Below are positions 30,440-41,384 of a stretch of 64,000 nucleotides of DNA, piece after piece. The translations under genes were made by a program, and so were the position numbers. Under the pieces are notes generated by a model, which worked only from the letters and a program-made list of their open reading frames with translations, did no database searches and was not told the origin of the DNA. The number at the start of each line of letters is the position of its first letter. Positions within the stretch are counted from its first letter, which is position 1. The stretch is from Arenimonas sp. (lineage in GTDB: Bacteria > Pseudomonadota > Gammaproteobacteria > Xanthomonadales > Xanthomonadaceae). The stretch lies in assembly GCF_035721105.1 (NCBI RefSeq), contig NZ_DASTNG010000017.1:23393-87392 (forward strand), given 5' to 3'.

Positions 30440-31629
30440 CCGCCGGGGTGCTTTACCTTTCCTACAGCGGCATGCTCGAGCCCCTCGGCCAGTCCCAGGT
30501 GCTCGCCTACCAGGAGCGCCTGGCCGCCGGCCATCCAGTGCACATCCTCAGCTTCGAGCGGCCAGGGGATTGGGCGAACGTTGCCCAGCGCGAAGCCATC
30601 GCCAATCGCATGGCCAACGCCGGCATCCACTGGCACCCGCTGCGCTACCACAAGCGTTTTTCGCTGGTGGCCACGTTCTGGGACATCCTCTGCGGCGCGT
30701 TCGTGGGCTGGTGTCTGGTGCGCAAGCACGGCCTGGGCGTCGTGCACGCCCGTAGCTACGTGCCTTCCATGATGGCGCTGATAATCAAACGCCTGACGGG
30801 TGTGCGCTACGTGTTCGACATGCGCGGGTTTTGGGTGGACGAGCGAGTGGATGGCGGCATCTGGTCGCGCGACGGGCGCGTTTATCGCGGCGCGAAGTGG
30901 TTCGAGCGCCGCTTCCTGCTGGCGGCCGACCACGTGGTTTCGCTGACGCAGGCCGGGCTCAACGAACTGGCGAAATTCAGCTACCTGCACGAGCGCATGC
31001 CGCCGGCGAGCGTCATCCCCACCTGTGCCGACCTGTCCCGATTCAAGCCGCAGGGCGCACCGCAGGGCGCGCTGACGCTCGGCTACGTGGGTTCGGTCGG
31101 CACCTGGTACTTGTTCGACGAAGTGGTGACCGCCTTCCGCCAGCTTCGCGAGCTTCGGCCGGACGCCAGGTTGCTGGTCATCAACCGCAATGACCACGCG
31201 TACGTCCGCGAACTTCTGCAGGCCGGGGGCGTTCCACTCGACGCGGTGGAAATCCGCGGCGCCACCCATGCCGAGGTCCCCGCGCAGATGGCCCGCATGC
31301 ACGCGGGCATCTTCTTCATCAAGCCGGTGTTCTCCAAGCAGGCTTCCGCGCCCACCAAGCTGGGTGAGTTCATGGGTTGCGGCATCCCCTGCCTGGCCAA
31401 CGCCGGCGTGGGCGACATGGCCGGGATCCTGGAAGCCGACCGCGTGGGCGTGGCCATCTCCGATTTCGACCCGGCAAGCATCCGTGCCGGCATGGCCCGC
31501 CTGCTTGAGCTGGTGGCTGACCCAGAAGCATCGGCGCGTTGCGTGGCTTCCGCGCACGTGCACTTCTCTCTCGACGAGGGGGTCCGCCGCTACCAGGCGG
31601 TGTACCGCAGCCTAGAGGTGAGCCGATGA
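30436..31629 (+). CDS. Glycosyltransferase family 4
   Basis: SQVLAYQ, HARSY, FDMRGFW, PTKLGEFMGCGIP. Confidence 0.85.
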   Translation: MTAGVLYLSYSGMLEPLGQSQVLAYQERLAAGHPVHILSFERPGDWANVAQREAIANRMANAGIHWHPLRYHKRFSLVATFWDILCGAFVGWCLVRKHGLGVVHARSYVPSMMALIIKRLTGVRYVFDMRGFWVDERVDGGIWSRDGRVYRGAKWFERRFLLAADHVVSLTQAGLNELAKFSYLHERMPPASVIPTCADLSRFKPQGAPQGALTLGYVGSVGTWYLFDEVVTAFRQLRELRPDARLLVINRNDHAYVRELLQAGGVPLDAVEIRGATHAEVPAQMARMHAGIFFIKPVFSKQASAPTKLGEFMGCGIPCLANAGVGDMAGILEADRVGVAISDFDPASIRAGMARLLELVADPEASARCVASAHVHFSLDEGVRRYQAVYRSLEVSR

Positions 31630-32735
31630 GCGGCCAGACTCTGCGCCGACTGAGGGTGCTATTCCTGACCCGCTATCCGGTGGAGGGCGCTTCCAGCCGC
31701 TACCGCGTTTACCAATACCTGCCGCACCTCGAGGCGCTGGGCGTGCATTGCCAAGTGCAGAGCTTTATGACGCAGGCCATGTACCAGCTGAGTTTTTCGA
31801 AGGGTCGTTCGCTGCGCAAGATGTGGGAAACCGGCAAGGCCGTGTTGCGGCGGCTGGCCGTGCTGGCGGGATATGGCCGATACGACATCATCTACATGCA
31901 GCGCGAACTGCTGCCGTTCGGTCCGCCGATAATTGAGCGCTTCCTGCGCTGGCGCGGCGCCACGCTGGTGTTCGACTACGACGACGCGCTGTTTATCCAC
32001 AAGCCCAGCCGCTACAACCCGCTGGCCAGCCTGGTGCGCTCCGCGGACAAAGTGCGCCAGTTGTTCGGTATCGTGCACTGCGTGATCGCCGGCAACGACT
32101 GGCTCCGCGACGAGGCCAGGCAGTCAGGCGCCCGGGCCGTGACCGTCGAGGTGGCTGAGGACACGGTGCGAATCCAGCCCCACGCGCCGCACACCAACGA
32201 CCGGCCGGTCACTATCGGTTGGCTCGGCTCCAGTTCCACGGTGAAGTACCTGCGGCTTATCGAGCCTGTACTGGTCGATCTGGCCGCCCGTAACCCATTG
32301 CTGCGCTTCGAGATCATGGGTGGCGGTGACTTCAGGATGGAGGGAGTACCTTGGGTCCTGGCGCCTTGGTCGCTGCAAGGCGAGCTGGAGGCTCTGAAAC
32401 GCTTCGACATTGGCCTGATGCCCTTGCCGTCCGAGGACTGGGCGAAAGGAAAGTCTGGGGGCAAAGCCCGGACCTACATGGCGGCGGGGGTCGTGCCCGT
32501 CTGCTCGGCGATTGGATATAACCTTGAACTGATTGACCCAGGCCGGACCGGGGTTCTTTGTTCCAGCTTGGATGATTGGCGCCGCGAAATAGAAATGTTG
32601 GCTGCCGACGCCGGGTTGCGACAACGTATCGCCGTTGCTGCGCGTGCGGAGGTCGAGTCCAGATTCTCGCCCGTCACCCAGGCGCGACGACTGGTTGGCA
32701 TTTTCGAAACGCTGCAGCGTGGATCGAAGGAATAG
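31626..32735 (+). CDS. Glycosyltransferase family 4
   Basis: GASSRYRVYQYLP, VFDYDDA, IGWLGS, FDIGLMPL, KSGGKARTYMAAGV. Confidence 0.85.
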   Translation: MSGQTLRRLRVLFLTRYPVEGASSRYRVYQYLPHLEALGVHCQVQSFMTQAMYQLSFSKGRSLRKMWETGKAVLRRLAVLAGYGRYDIIYMQRELLPFGPPIIERFLRWRGATLVFDYDDALFIHKPSRYNPLASLVRSADKVRQLFGIVHCVIAGNDWLRDEARQSGARAVTVEVAEDTVRIQPHAPHTNDRPVTIGWLGSSSTVKYLRLIEPVLVDLAARNPLLRFEIMGGGDFRMEGVPWVLAPWSLQGELEALKRFDIGLMPLPSEDWAKGKSGGKARTYMAAGVVPVCSAIGYNLELIDPGRTGVLCSSLDDWRREIEMLAADAGLRQRIAVAARAEVESRFSPVTQARRLVGIFETLQRGSKE

Positions 32736-32744
32736 TCCCAGTCG

Positions 32745-33794
32745 ATGTATCCCTACATATTGATTTTCGCCATCGCTTCGCTCTTCGCCTTCGGTGCCAA
32801 GAAGGCGTCCTCCCATCGTGCGCTGGCCATTTTGTTTGCACTAACGCTCGCAATTTTTGTATCCACTCGCTACGAAGTGGGATGCGACTTCACCGGCTAC
32901 GAGAATCGATTCCTGCAGCTGCAGGACCACCTCGACTGGGGTGAGATATTCGGGCAGGGCGAGGCGGGATTCCATCTCTTGAGCCTGCTCGTTCTGAATC
33001 TGGGGCTGCCCTACACGGGTCTGCTGTTCTTTAGTGGCCTGATATACATATTCTGCCTTGCACGTTTTTCCAAGCTGACAGAGCGGCCGCTGACCTTCCT
33101 CGCATTGTGCTTCCCCGTACTCGTGATCCAGCTGGGGATGTCCGGCATCCGCCAGGCGCTGGCCTTGGGCTTCCTGCTGCTGGCATTCGCAGCGTTCGCC
33201 GACAAGAGGCGTCTGGCCATGGCTATCTGGATTCTGGTTGCCTCACAGTTCCATACGTCGGCAATCATCTTCCTGCCCTTGGTCTACTTGATCGGAAGGG
33301 CGGTGTCCCTGCCGCGCCTGATCGCCGCGCTGATTGTTCTGGGGCCCGTGGTCGCCTGGCTCATTGGAGATCGCCTGAGTGTCTACAGTGACCGTTATGT
33401 CCAGCAGATCTACGGCGAGAATTCTTCCTCGGGGGCGTGGTTCCGCTACTATCTGGTGCTATTGCCCTTCCTCCTGTTCGAGTGGAAGCGCGCACTCATC
33501 GAAGCCGCTTATCCCAAGATTTACCCGCTCCTCCGTCTGTTCTCCCTGATCACGTTCTCGCTGGTCCTGGTGGGCGCACTGTCTAGCGTGGCGCTGCACC
33601 GCATGGTGTTCTACGTGATGCCGATGAGCATTCTGGCTTTGATCTGTCTTTCCCGCGTCATCTCGGGGAGGAGAACGATCGGCTTGGTCATGGCATCGCC
33701 GTTCCTGATTTATGGCCTCTACTTCGCGTCTTGGCTGACGCTGTCACGCCATGCCACCCTTTGTTACAACCCCTACGACTCTTGGTTGTTCTGA
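32745..33794 (+). CDS. EpsG-family polysaccharide polymerase (Wzy-like)
   Basis: Multi-TM with RYEVGCDF..Y, E.GF, SGIRQALA, SQFHTSA. Confidence 0.82.
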   Translation: MYPYILIFAIASLFAFGAKKASSHRALAILFALTLAIFVSTRYEVGCDFTGYENRFLQLQDHLDWGEIFGQGEAGFHLLSLLVLNLGLPYTGLLFFSGLIYIFCLARFSKLTERPLTFLALCFPVLVIQLGMSGIRQALALGFLLLAFAAFADKRRLAMAIWILVASQFHTSAIIFLPLVYLIGRAVSLPRLIAALIVLGPVVAWLIGDRLSVYSDRYVQQIYGENSSSGAWFRYYLVLLPFLLFEWKRALIEAAYPKIYPLLRLFSLITFSLVLVGALSSVALHRMVFYVMPMSILALICLSRVISGRRTIGLVMASPFLIYGLYFASWLTLSRHATLCYNPYDSWLF

Positions 33795-34981
33795 TGGTGC
33801 AAAATTCTGCCTTGCACGCAGTTATCCTGGGCCTGTCCCCGACGGGCCTGTATGTCGCGAGGGAGCTGGGGAAAGCAGGCGCACGCCTGCTTGGCGTGGA
33901 TTTCGGTCCGGCCACGGCGCGTTCATCCGTTCACTTCAACCGCGACGGAACCTGGCGCATCGAGGACCTTAAGGACCTCCTGCCGCGGCTGCTGGCGCAT
34001 GCGGCTGGCGCCGGGCAGCCGCCCTTGCTGATTGCCACCAGCGATGTCTTCATTGAGTGGATGATCGACAACTCGGCCGTCTTGCGCACGGCCTTCATCT
34101 TCCCCGCCGGCTACGAGGCGGCCGCGCCGGACCTTCTCGACAAAGTCCGCTTCCATGCACTCTGCGCCCGCCACGGGGTGGAAACGCCGGGCATCTGGCA
34201 GGCCGCCGACCGAGCCAAGCTGCAGGCGCTGGCCGGCGAGATCCCGTTTCCCTGCATCCTCAAGCCCGTGCTGATCCATCGCGCCAAGGCCTTCCTGAAG
34301 GGCCACAAGGTGCTGGTGGCGCGCTCGCGCGAGCAATATCAGGAATACGTCGCAGCCATCCCGGACGAGTCGGGCGCATGGTTTGTCCAGGAGATCATTC
34401 CGGGGCCGGAGTCGTCCATTACGCTTTTCGCCGGCTACGTGGATTCCGCAGGTGGCCTGCGGCAAGGCTTCACGGCGCGGAAGCTGCGCCAGTACCCGGC
34501 TGGCTTCGGCTCGGCGTCGCTGGTCATCAGCGAAGACAACGCCGATACCCGCGAAATCTGCGAACGTTTCCTGCCGGCCATTGGCTATCGCGGCATCTGC
34601 GGCGTGGAGTTCAAGCGCGACCCGCGCGACGGTCGGCTCAAGATCATCGAGATCAACCCGCGGCCCACCCTGTGGTTCCACCTGAGCCACGCGGCGGGCA
34701 AGCGAGTTGTGCTTGCCGCGGCCAACGACCTGACGGGGCAGTCCGCACCGCCGGATCTGCCCCAGTCCAATGGGGTGCTGTGGCGCTACGCCCTCAAGGA
34801 CTGGGTCTCGGCCGCCTTTTACGCCTTCAAGGGTCGCGGCTTCCTGTTCCCCGCGCCCGACCTGGCGGCCGCCGGGCCCACGCGCGCCCGCTGCTGGCCG
34901 GTGTTCGATGCGGCTGATCCGAAGCCCGCGCTGTTGGAGCCGATTCATTACGTGGTCAAGGCGTTCAAGAGGTTTGCATGA
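33794..34981 (+). CDS. ATP-grasp carboxylate-amine ligase (D-aspartate-ligase-like)
   Basis: LDKVRFHALC, FPCILKP, VQEIIPG, GVEFKRDPRDGRLKIIEINPR. TGATG-coupled to the polymerase gene. Confidence 0.82.
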   Translation: MVQNSALHAVILGLSPTGLYVARELGKAGARLLGVDFGPATARSSVHFNRDGTWRIEDLKDLLPRLLAHAAGAGQPPLLIATSDVFIEWMIDNSAVLRTAFIFPAGYEAAAPDLLDKVRFHALCARHGVETPGIWQAADRAKLQALAGEIPFPCILKPVLIHRAKAFLKGHKVLVARSREQYQEYVAAIPDESGAWFVQEIIPGPESSITLFAGYVDSAGGLRQGFTARKLRQYPAGFGSASLVISEDNADTREICERFLPAIGYRGICGVEFKRDPRDGRLKIIEINPRPTLWFHLSHAAGKRVVLAAANDLTGQSAPPDLPQSNGVLWRYALKDWVSAAFYAFKGRGFLFPAPDLAAAGPTRARCWPVFDAADPKPALLEPIHYVVKAFKRFA

Positions 34982-35856
34982 AGACGCTGATCGTGAACGC
35001 CGATGATTTCGGGCTGGCCCCGGCCGTGAACCAGGGCATCCTGGACGCCCACCTTGCCGGGTCGGTCACCAGCACCACGCTGATGGTGAACATGCCCGCC
35101 GCCGCCGAGGCAGCCGCCATCGCCAAGGCGCATCCGGCACTGGGCGTCGGTCTGCATTTCAACCTCACGCTGGGCAAGCCGCTGGCAGGCGCGTCGTCGG
35201 TGCCCAGCCTGGTGGGTCCCGACGGAAATTTCCACGAGCGGAGCGCGTTGGCGCGAGGGCTGTTCACCGGTCGTGTGCGCCGCGAACACCTCGTGCGCGA
35301 GCTCGACGCCCAGCACCAGGCCTACCTGGCGCTGGGCATTCGCCCCACGCATGTCGACAGCCACCAGCACGTACACGGCTTCCCGGCGGTGTTCGACGCC
35401 ATCGCCGCGCTGTGCGAGGCGCAGGGCATTCCCACCCGCATGCCCTGGCTGCTCAAGCTGGGCGGCAGCCGCCCCAGCGCCGGCCGTGCCCTTCGGCAGT
35501 GGCTGCTGGGCCGCATGCTCCGCCGCAACGTGCGTCAGTGGCAGGGGCGCGTGCAGTGGAACGCGGGCATGGGCAGCCTGTTCGACTTGGGCGCCATCCC
35601 GGCGCAGCCGACGCTGGGCGACTACCGCTGCGTGTTGGAAGCAGCGGGCGAGGGCGTGTTCGAACTTATGGTGCACCCCGTTCCTGAGGCCGAGGCCGTG
35701 CGCGGCCTCACCCGCATCGGTCACGTCAGCGCGGCCGAATGGCAGGTGCTGTCGAAGCCCGGGCTGGATCAGCTGGCCGCCGGGCTCGGCTTTCGCATGG
35801 CCAACTTCGCGAGTGCCTTCGGGCCCAGTGCGCGGGGAGTCGACGGTGCAGCCTGA
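34978..35856 (+). CDS. ChbG/HpnK/YdjC-family carbohydrate deacetylase
   Basis: LIVNADDFG, VGLHFNLT, THVDSHQHVH, ELMVHP. Confidence 0.9.
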   Translation: MKTLIVNADDFGLAPAVNQGILDAHLAGSVTSTTLMVNMPAAAEAAAIAKAHPALGVGLHFNLTLGKPLAGASSVPSLVGPDGNFHERSALARGLFTGRVRREHLVRELDAQHQAYLALGIRPTHVDSHQHVHGFPAVFDAIAALCEAQGIPTRMPWLLKLGGSRPSAGRALRQWLLGRMLRRNVRQWQGRVQWNAGMGSLFDLGAIPAQPTLGDYRCVLEAAGEGVFELMVHPVPEAEAVRGLTRIGHVSAAEWQVLSKPGLDQLAAGLGFRMANFASAFGPSARGVDGAA

Positions 35857-37003
35857 GGTCACCCCAAGGGCGAACCGGAAGGTAGTGCTGTTCGCCAACA
35901 CAGACTGGTACCTCTACAACTTCCGCTGCTCCCTGGCGCAAGCCCTGAGGGCCGCCGGCTACGACGTCCTGCTGCTCTCGCCGCCCGGCCCCTATGGCGA
36001 GAAGCTCATCGCCCGGGGCTTCCGCTGGGAGGCCGTCCCGATGGACCGACGCAGCCTCAATCCTCTACGGGAGGCCGCGCTGTTGGTCTACCTAGTCAGG
36101 CTGCTCCGCCGCGAGCGCCCCGCGCTGGTGCACAGCTTCACCATCAAGTGCGCGGTCTATGGGTCCCTGGCGGCCCGGCTGGCGGGCGTCCCGGCCCGGG
36201 TCAATGCGGTAGCCGGCATGGGCTACGTGTTCACCAGCACCGACCTCAAGGCCAGGCTGCTGCGATTGCCCGTGCGCATTTTGCTCCGGCTTGCATTGGG
36301 TGGACCTAGCGCGAGGTTGGTTCTGCAAAACCCCGATGATGTGGCCATGTTCAGGCGGGCAAGTCTGGTTGCCGACGATCAGGTGCGACTGATTCCCGGC
36401 TCGGGGGTCGACCTGCGGCGGTTTGTCCCGTCAGTTCGAACGAGGGAGCCCGGCTCCGCGATGACGGTCCTAGTGGCAGCCCGTTTGCTGTGGGACAAGG
36501 GCTTGGCGGAGTTCGTTGATGCGATTCGACTGTTGCGATCACAGGGCAGGGAGCTGACATTCTTCCTGGCCGGCACACCTGATCCGGGAAACCCCGCGGC
36601 GGTCCCTGAGGAGACAGTGCGGGCGTGGGTCTCGGACGGTCTACTGGTGTGGCTGGGTCACGTCGACGACATGCCAGGCCTTTTCTCTAGCGTTGACGTC
36701 GTAGTGTTACCGAGTTACCGGGAAGGCTTGCCAAAAAGCTTGATCGAGGCCGCGGCTTGCGCGTTGCCCCTCGTGACAACCGACGTACCGGGGTGTCGCG
36801 AGGTCGTCACTGATGGATTGGATGGTTTGTTGGTTCCTGCCCGGAACTCAGTTCACCTTGCCAACGCGATTGCTCGCATTCAAGACGACCCTGCGTTGGG
36901 TAAAGCGTTGGGTGCAGCTGCGCGCGAAAAAGCCATTGCTGTATTTGATGAGCGTGTGGTTTGCCAAGCGACATTGGCTGTTTATCGCGAGTTGCTAGGT
37001 TGA
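35846..37003 (+). CDS. Glycosyltransferase family 4 (GalNAc/Gal transferase-like)
   Basis: GTG start after GGGGAG, NTDWYLYNFR, HSFTIK, QNPDD, PSYREGLPKSLIEAAA. Confidence 0.88.
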   Translation: MQPEVTPRANRKVVLFANTDWYLYNFRCSLAQALRAAGYDVLLLSPPGPYGEKLIARGFRWEAVPMDRRSLNPLREAALLVYLVRLLRRERPALVHSFTIKCAVYGSLAARLAGVPARVNAVAGMGYVFTSTDLKARLLRLPVRILLRLALGGPSARLVLQNPDDVAMFRRASLVADDQVRLIPGSGVDLRRFVPSVRTREPGSAMTVLVAARLLWDKGLAEFVDAIRLLRSQGRELTFFLAGTPDPGNPAAVPEETVRAWVSDGLLVWLGHVDDMPGLFSSVDVVVLPSYREGLPKSLIEAAACALPLVTTDVPGCREVVTDGLDGLLVPARNSVHLANAIARIQDDPALGKALGAAAREKAIAVFDERVVCQATLAVYRELLG

Positions 37004-37082
37004 CTCGGAACGGGCGTGAATCTTTCTCATGGCCCGGAGGTGCGGGGTGCCTAGACTGGCGCCCTGAAAGGGGTGCGACGGC

Positions 37083-37328
37083 ATGGACGACTACGGGGAT
37101 ACACCGGCGGCGGCTTCACCGGTGGCGGTGGAGTTGCTCGACCACTACGACTTGGCCGACCAGCCCGGGCGCACGCTGCAGGCGCTGCAGGTCTTCTTCC
37201 CGGGCAAGGCGATCGAGTACTTCGCCGCGCTGCAGGTTGGCGGCGTGGTGCGGGTGGATGATCCGGTGTTTGTTGACCTGGTGGGGCAGTTGGCGGCGCA
37301 GGGGTTTCGGGTGCGGTTGGTTGGCTAG
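37083..37328 (+). CDS. Small hypothetical protein (81 aa)
   Basis: ATG ORF with non-shadow, protein-like composition. No motif recognised. Confidence 0.45.
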   Translation: MDDYGDTPAAASPVAVELLDHYDLADQPGRTLQALQVFFPGKAIEYFAALQVGGVVRVDDPVFVDLVGQLAAQGFRVRLVG

Positions 37329-37337
37329 GGGCGTTGT

Positions 37338-37403
37338 TGTAGGAAGGTCATGAGGCCCGATGGGCTGTGGAGAAAAGATTCGGGCCTGAAGGCCCTCCTA
37401 CAG
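37338..37403. repeat. REP doublet (subtype B, left arm degenerate) between convergent genes
   Basis: TGTAGGAAGGTCATGAGGCCCGAT ... TTCGGGCCTGAAGGCCCTCCTACAG. Confidence 0.8.
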
Positions 37404-37410
37404 GGGGGGG

Positions 37411-38652
<1,242 letters not shown>

Positions 38653-38746
38653 GGGAGGGGAGGGGGCAGAGGAAGATTCCTTGGTGCACTATGCTGTCCC
38701 GACTCGCTGCGCCGCAACATCCCTTTCACTGCCTGATCTGCCCGCC

Positions 38747-40132
38747 ATGACCGATCCGCGCCTGACGTCCCTGCAAACCGCCGTGCCCGGCCTGCGGCTC
38801 AGCACCGAGCCCGGCGACCTGGAGCACTACGGCCGCGACTGGACCCGGCGCTGGACGCCGGCGCCGCTGGCCATCGCCTTCCCGGCCGACGTGGCCCAGG
38901 TGCAGGCGGTGATGCGCTGGGCCAGCGCCCAGGGCGTGGCGGTGGTGCCCTCGGGCGGCCGCACGGGGCTGTCGGGCGGCGCGGTGGCGGCGCGCGGCGA
39001 GCTGGTGCTCAGCCTCGAGCGCATGAACAAGGTGCTGGGCTTCGACCCGGTCGACGGCCAGCTCACGGTGCAGGCCGGCACGCCGCTGCAGGCGGTGCAG
39101 GAGGCGGCGCAGGCGCAGGGCCTGCTCTATCCGGTCGACTTCGGCTCGCGCGGCAGCTGCAGCATCGGCGGCAATATCGCCACCAATGCCGGCGGCATCC
39201 GGGTCATTCGCTTCGGCAACACCCGCGAATGGGTGGCCGGCCTGAAGCTGGTCACCGGCACCGGCGAGCTGCTGGACCTGGGCCGCGGCCTGGTCAAGAA
39301 CTCCAGCGGCTACGACCTGCGCCACCTGGCCATCGGCGCCGAGGGCACGCTGGGCGTGGTGGTGGAAGCCACGCTGCGGCTCACCCGGCCGCTGCCGCCG
39401 GCGCAGACCCTGCTGCTGGCGCTGCCTTCGTTCGAGGCGCTGATGCAGGTGTTCGCGCATTTCCGCACCCGGGTGGACCTGCAGGCCTTCGAATTCCTCA
39501 CCGACGTCGGGCTGCGGCACGTGCGCGCGCACGGCGCCAGCTATCCCTTCGACGCGGTGCACCCCTACTACGTGCTCACCGAATACGATGCCGCCGACGA
39601 GGCGCAGCAGGCCGCGGGCCTGGCCGCGTTCGAACACTGCCTGGCGCAGGGCTGGGTGGTGGACGGCGTGCAGGCGGCCAGCGAGGCGCAGGCGAAGCAG
39701 CTGTGGCGGCTGCGCGAGGGGCTGACCGAGTCGCTGGCGCCGTACCGGCCCTACAAGAACGACATCTCGGTGCGCATCGCCGTGCTGCCGGCCTTCCTGG
39801 CCCAGGCGCAGGCGCTGCTGGCCGAGGCCTATCCGCAGTTCGAGGTGGTGTGGTTCGGCCACATCGGCGACGGCAACCTGCACATCAACGTGCTGCAGCC
39901 CGCCGGCGTGGCCGACGCCGACTTCGTGGCCCAGTGCGGGCAGGTCACCGGCCTGCTGGCCGACCTGCTGCAGGCGCACGGCGGCAGCATCTCGGCCGAG
40001 CACGGCATCGGCCTGGCGAAGAAGGATTACCTGGGCAGCACGCGTTCGCCGGCGGAGGTCGCGCTGATGCGGGGGATCCGGGCCGTGATGGATCCGGCCG
40101 GCATTCTCAACCCGGGAAAGCTGTTCGACTGA
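38747..40132 (+). CDS. FAD-binding oxidoreductase (D-2-hydroxyglutarate dehydrogenase-like)
   Basis: PSGGRTGLSGGA, KNSSGYDL, GAEGTLG, FGHIGDGNLH, SISAEHGIG, LNPGK. Divergent from serA. Confidence 0.85.
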   Translation: MTDPRLTSLQTAVPGLRLSTEPGDLEHYGRDWTRRWTPAPLAIAFPADVAQVQAVMRWASAQGVAVVPSGGRTGLSGGAVAARGELVLSLERMNKVLGFDPVDGQLTVQAGTPLQAVQEAAQAQGLLYPVDFGSRGSCSIGGNIATNAGGIRVIRFGNTREWVAGLKLVTGTGELLDLGRGLVKNSSGYDLRHLAIGAEGTLGVVVEATLRLTRPLPPAQTLLLALPSFEALMQVFAHFRTRVDLQAFEFLTDVGLRHVRAHGASYPFDAVHPYYVLTEYDAADEAQQAAGLAAFEHCLAQGWVVDGVQAASEAQAKQLWRLREGLTESLAPYRPYKNDISVRIAVLPAFLAQAQALLAEAYPQFEVVWFGHIGDGNLHINVLQPAGVADADFVAQCGQVTGLLADLLQAHGGSISAEHGIGLAKKDYLGSTRSPAEVALMRGIRAVMDPAGILNPGKLFD

Positions 40133-40153
40133 GCCGCCCGCGGGCGGCGCCGC

Positions 40154-41140
40154 TCAGAGGTCTTGCTCGTAGCGGATGTAGGGGACGCGCGTTTCTTCGT
40201 TGTCTTCGTCGGCAGCGCTGAACGGGTTCTGGCCGCTGGGGGCCAGGTTGGCGGCGCCCAGGCTGAGGCGGCCGCGCCACGGGGCGCGCCAGGTGACGCC
40301 GACGCCCATGTCGCTGTAGCGGGTGTTGGTGCCCGGCAGTTCGATGACGCGGCCGATCACTTCCCCACCGAAGTTGCCAACCCCCCCACTGATCGTGAGC
40401 GTGCCGGTGTTCCACTCGGGCGGCAGGCCGCCGGGCAGCTGCGCGGCCGGCACGATGCGGGCGCGGGCGAGGGTGCCGCCGATGCTGACCCAGCCGGATT
40501 CACCGATCTTGAGTTCGCCCAGCAGGCCGATGTCTTCCTGCTGGTAGTCGGCGCTGCGCAGGGAAAGCATCAGCGGGCTTTCGCTGCCGTCGTCCAGCGC
40601 CGCGGTGCCGGGCAGGGCCAGCGGCGACTGCAGGCTGAAGCGGTTCAGGCCGAGGCTGGCGCTGAGGGCGCCGTCGTTGCCTTCCAGCCGCGTTTCCATG
40701 CGCACGCCCGGGCGGGCCAGGGCCAGCGGCGCGGTCGGGTTGGGCGCCAGGTTGGCGACCATGCAGTGCTGGGCCAGCGCGCCGAAGCTGCGCGACACCG
40801 CGTTGCCGTTGCACAGCAGGCCGACGGTGGGATTGGTTTCCAGCGAGAGGTTGGTGCCGACGCGGCGGCCGTTGGCCAGCGGGAAGGTCATGCCGGCGCC
40901 CAGGCTGGGCGTGGCGTTGCGGCCCAGCAGGCGGTCGAGCGAATTGCGCGCCGGGTTGGCGGCGGTCGCGCCCGATTCGATCAGCAGGAAGCCTTCGACC
41001 TGGTTGTTGCGGATGATCGGCAGCGCGGTGGTGCCGTCGTCCTGGTCGGGAACCACCAGCGGCGCGGGCGACTGCGCAAACGCGACCGCGCCCGACAGGG
41101 CGAGCAGACCGGCGATGGCGGAACGCAGCAGCGGATTCAT
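40154..41140 (-). CDS. Secreted/outer-membrane hypothetical protein
   Basis: Signal peptide MNPLLRSAIAGLLALSGAVAFA after a GAGGA RBS. Beta-strand-like C-terminal half ending PYIRYEQDL. Confidence 0.7.
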   Translation of the reverse strand: MNPLLRSAIAGLLALSGAVAFAQSPAPLVVPDQDDGTTALPIIRNNQVEGFLLIESGATAANPARNSLDRLLGRNATPSLGAGMTFPLANGRRVGTNLSLETNPTVGLLCNGNAVSRSFGALAQHCMVANLAPNPTAPLALARPGVRMETRLEGNDGALSASLGLNRFSLQSPLALPGTAALDDGSESPLMLSLRSADYQQEDIGLLGELKIGESGWVSIGGTLARARIVPAAQLPGGLPPEWNTGTLTISGGVGNFGGEVIGRVIELPGTNTRYSDMGVGVTWRAPWRGRLSLGAANLAPSGQNPFSAADEDNEETRVPYIRYEQDL

Positions 41141-41257
41141 GTTCATTCCTCGGTGGCTCTCTTGGAGCCTTGCCAGTCCGGGAAGTTCCCGGGTGGGGGG
41201 TGGCACGCGGATTTTACAGGAATTTAACGCTTGCGTCCCCCAGCTGGGAAGCCCCCT

Positions 41258-41324
41258 CTGTAGGAGCGCCTTCAGGCGCGAATCTTTTCGCCAAAAAGCT
41301 TCGCGCCTGAAGGCGCTCCTACAG
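41258..41324. repeat. REP doublet (subtype A), intergenic
   Basis: Exact arms downstream of hslO. Confidence 0.92.
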
Positions 41325-41384
41325 GGGCGCGGCGTTGATGAGGGCGAGGCGTTGTGGGGGTGCGGGGTTATCCAGGACGCGGGG

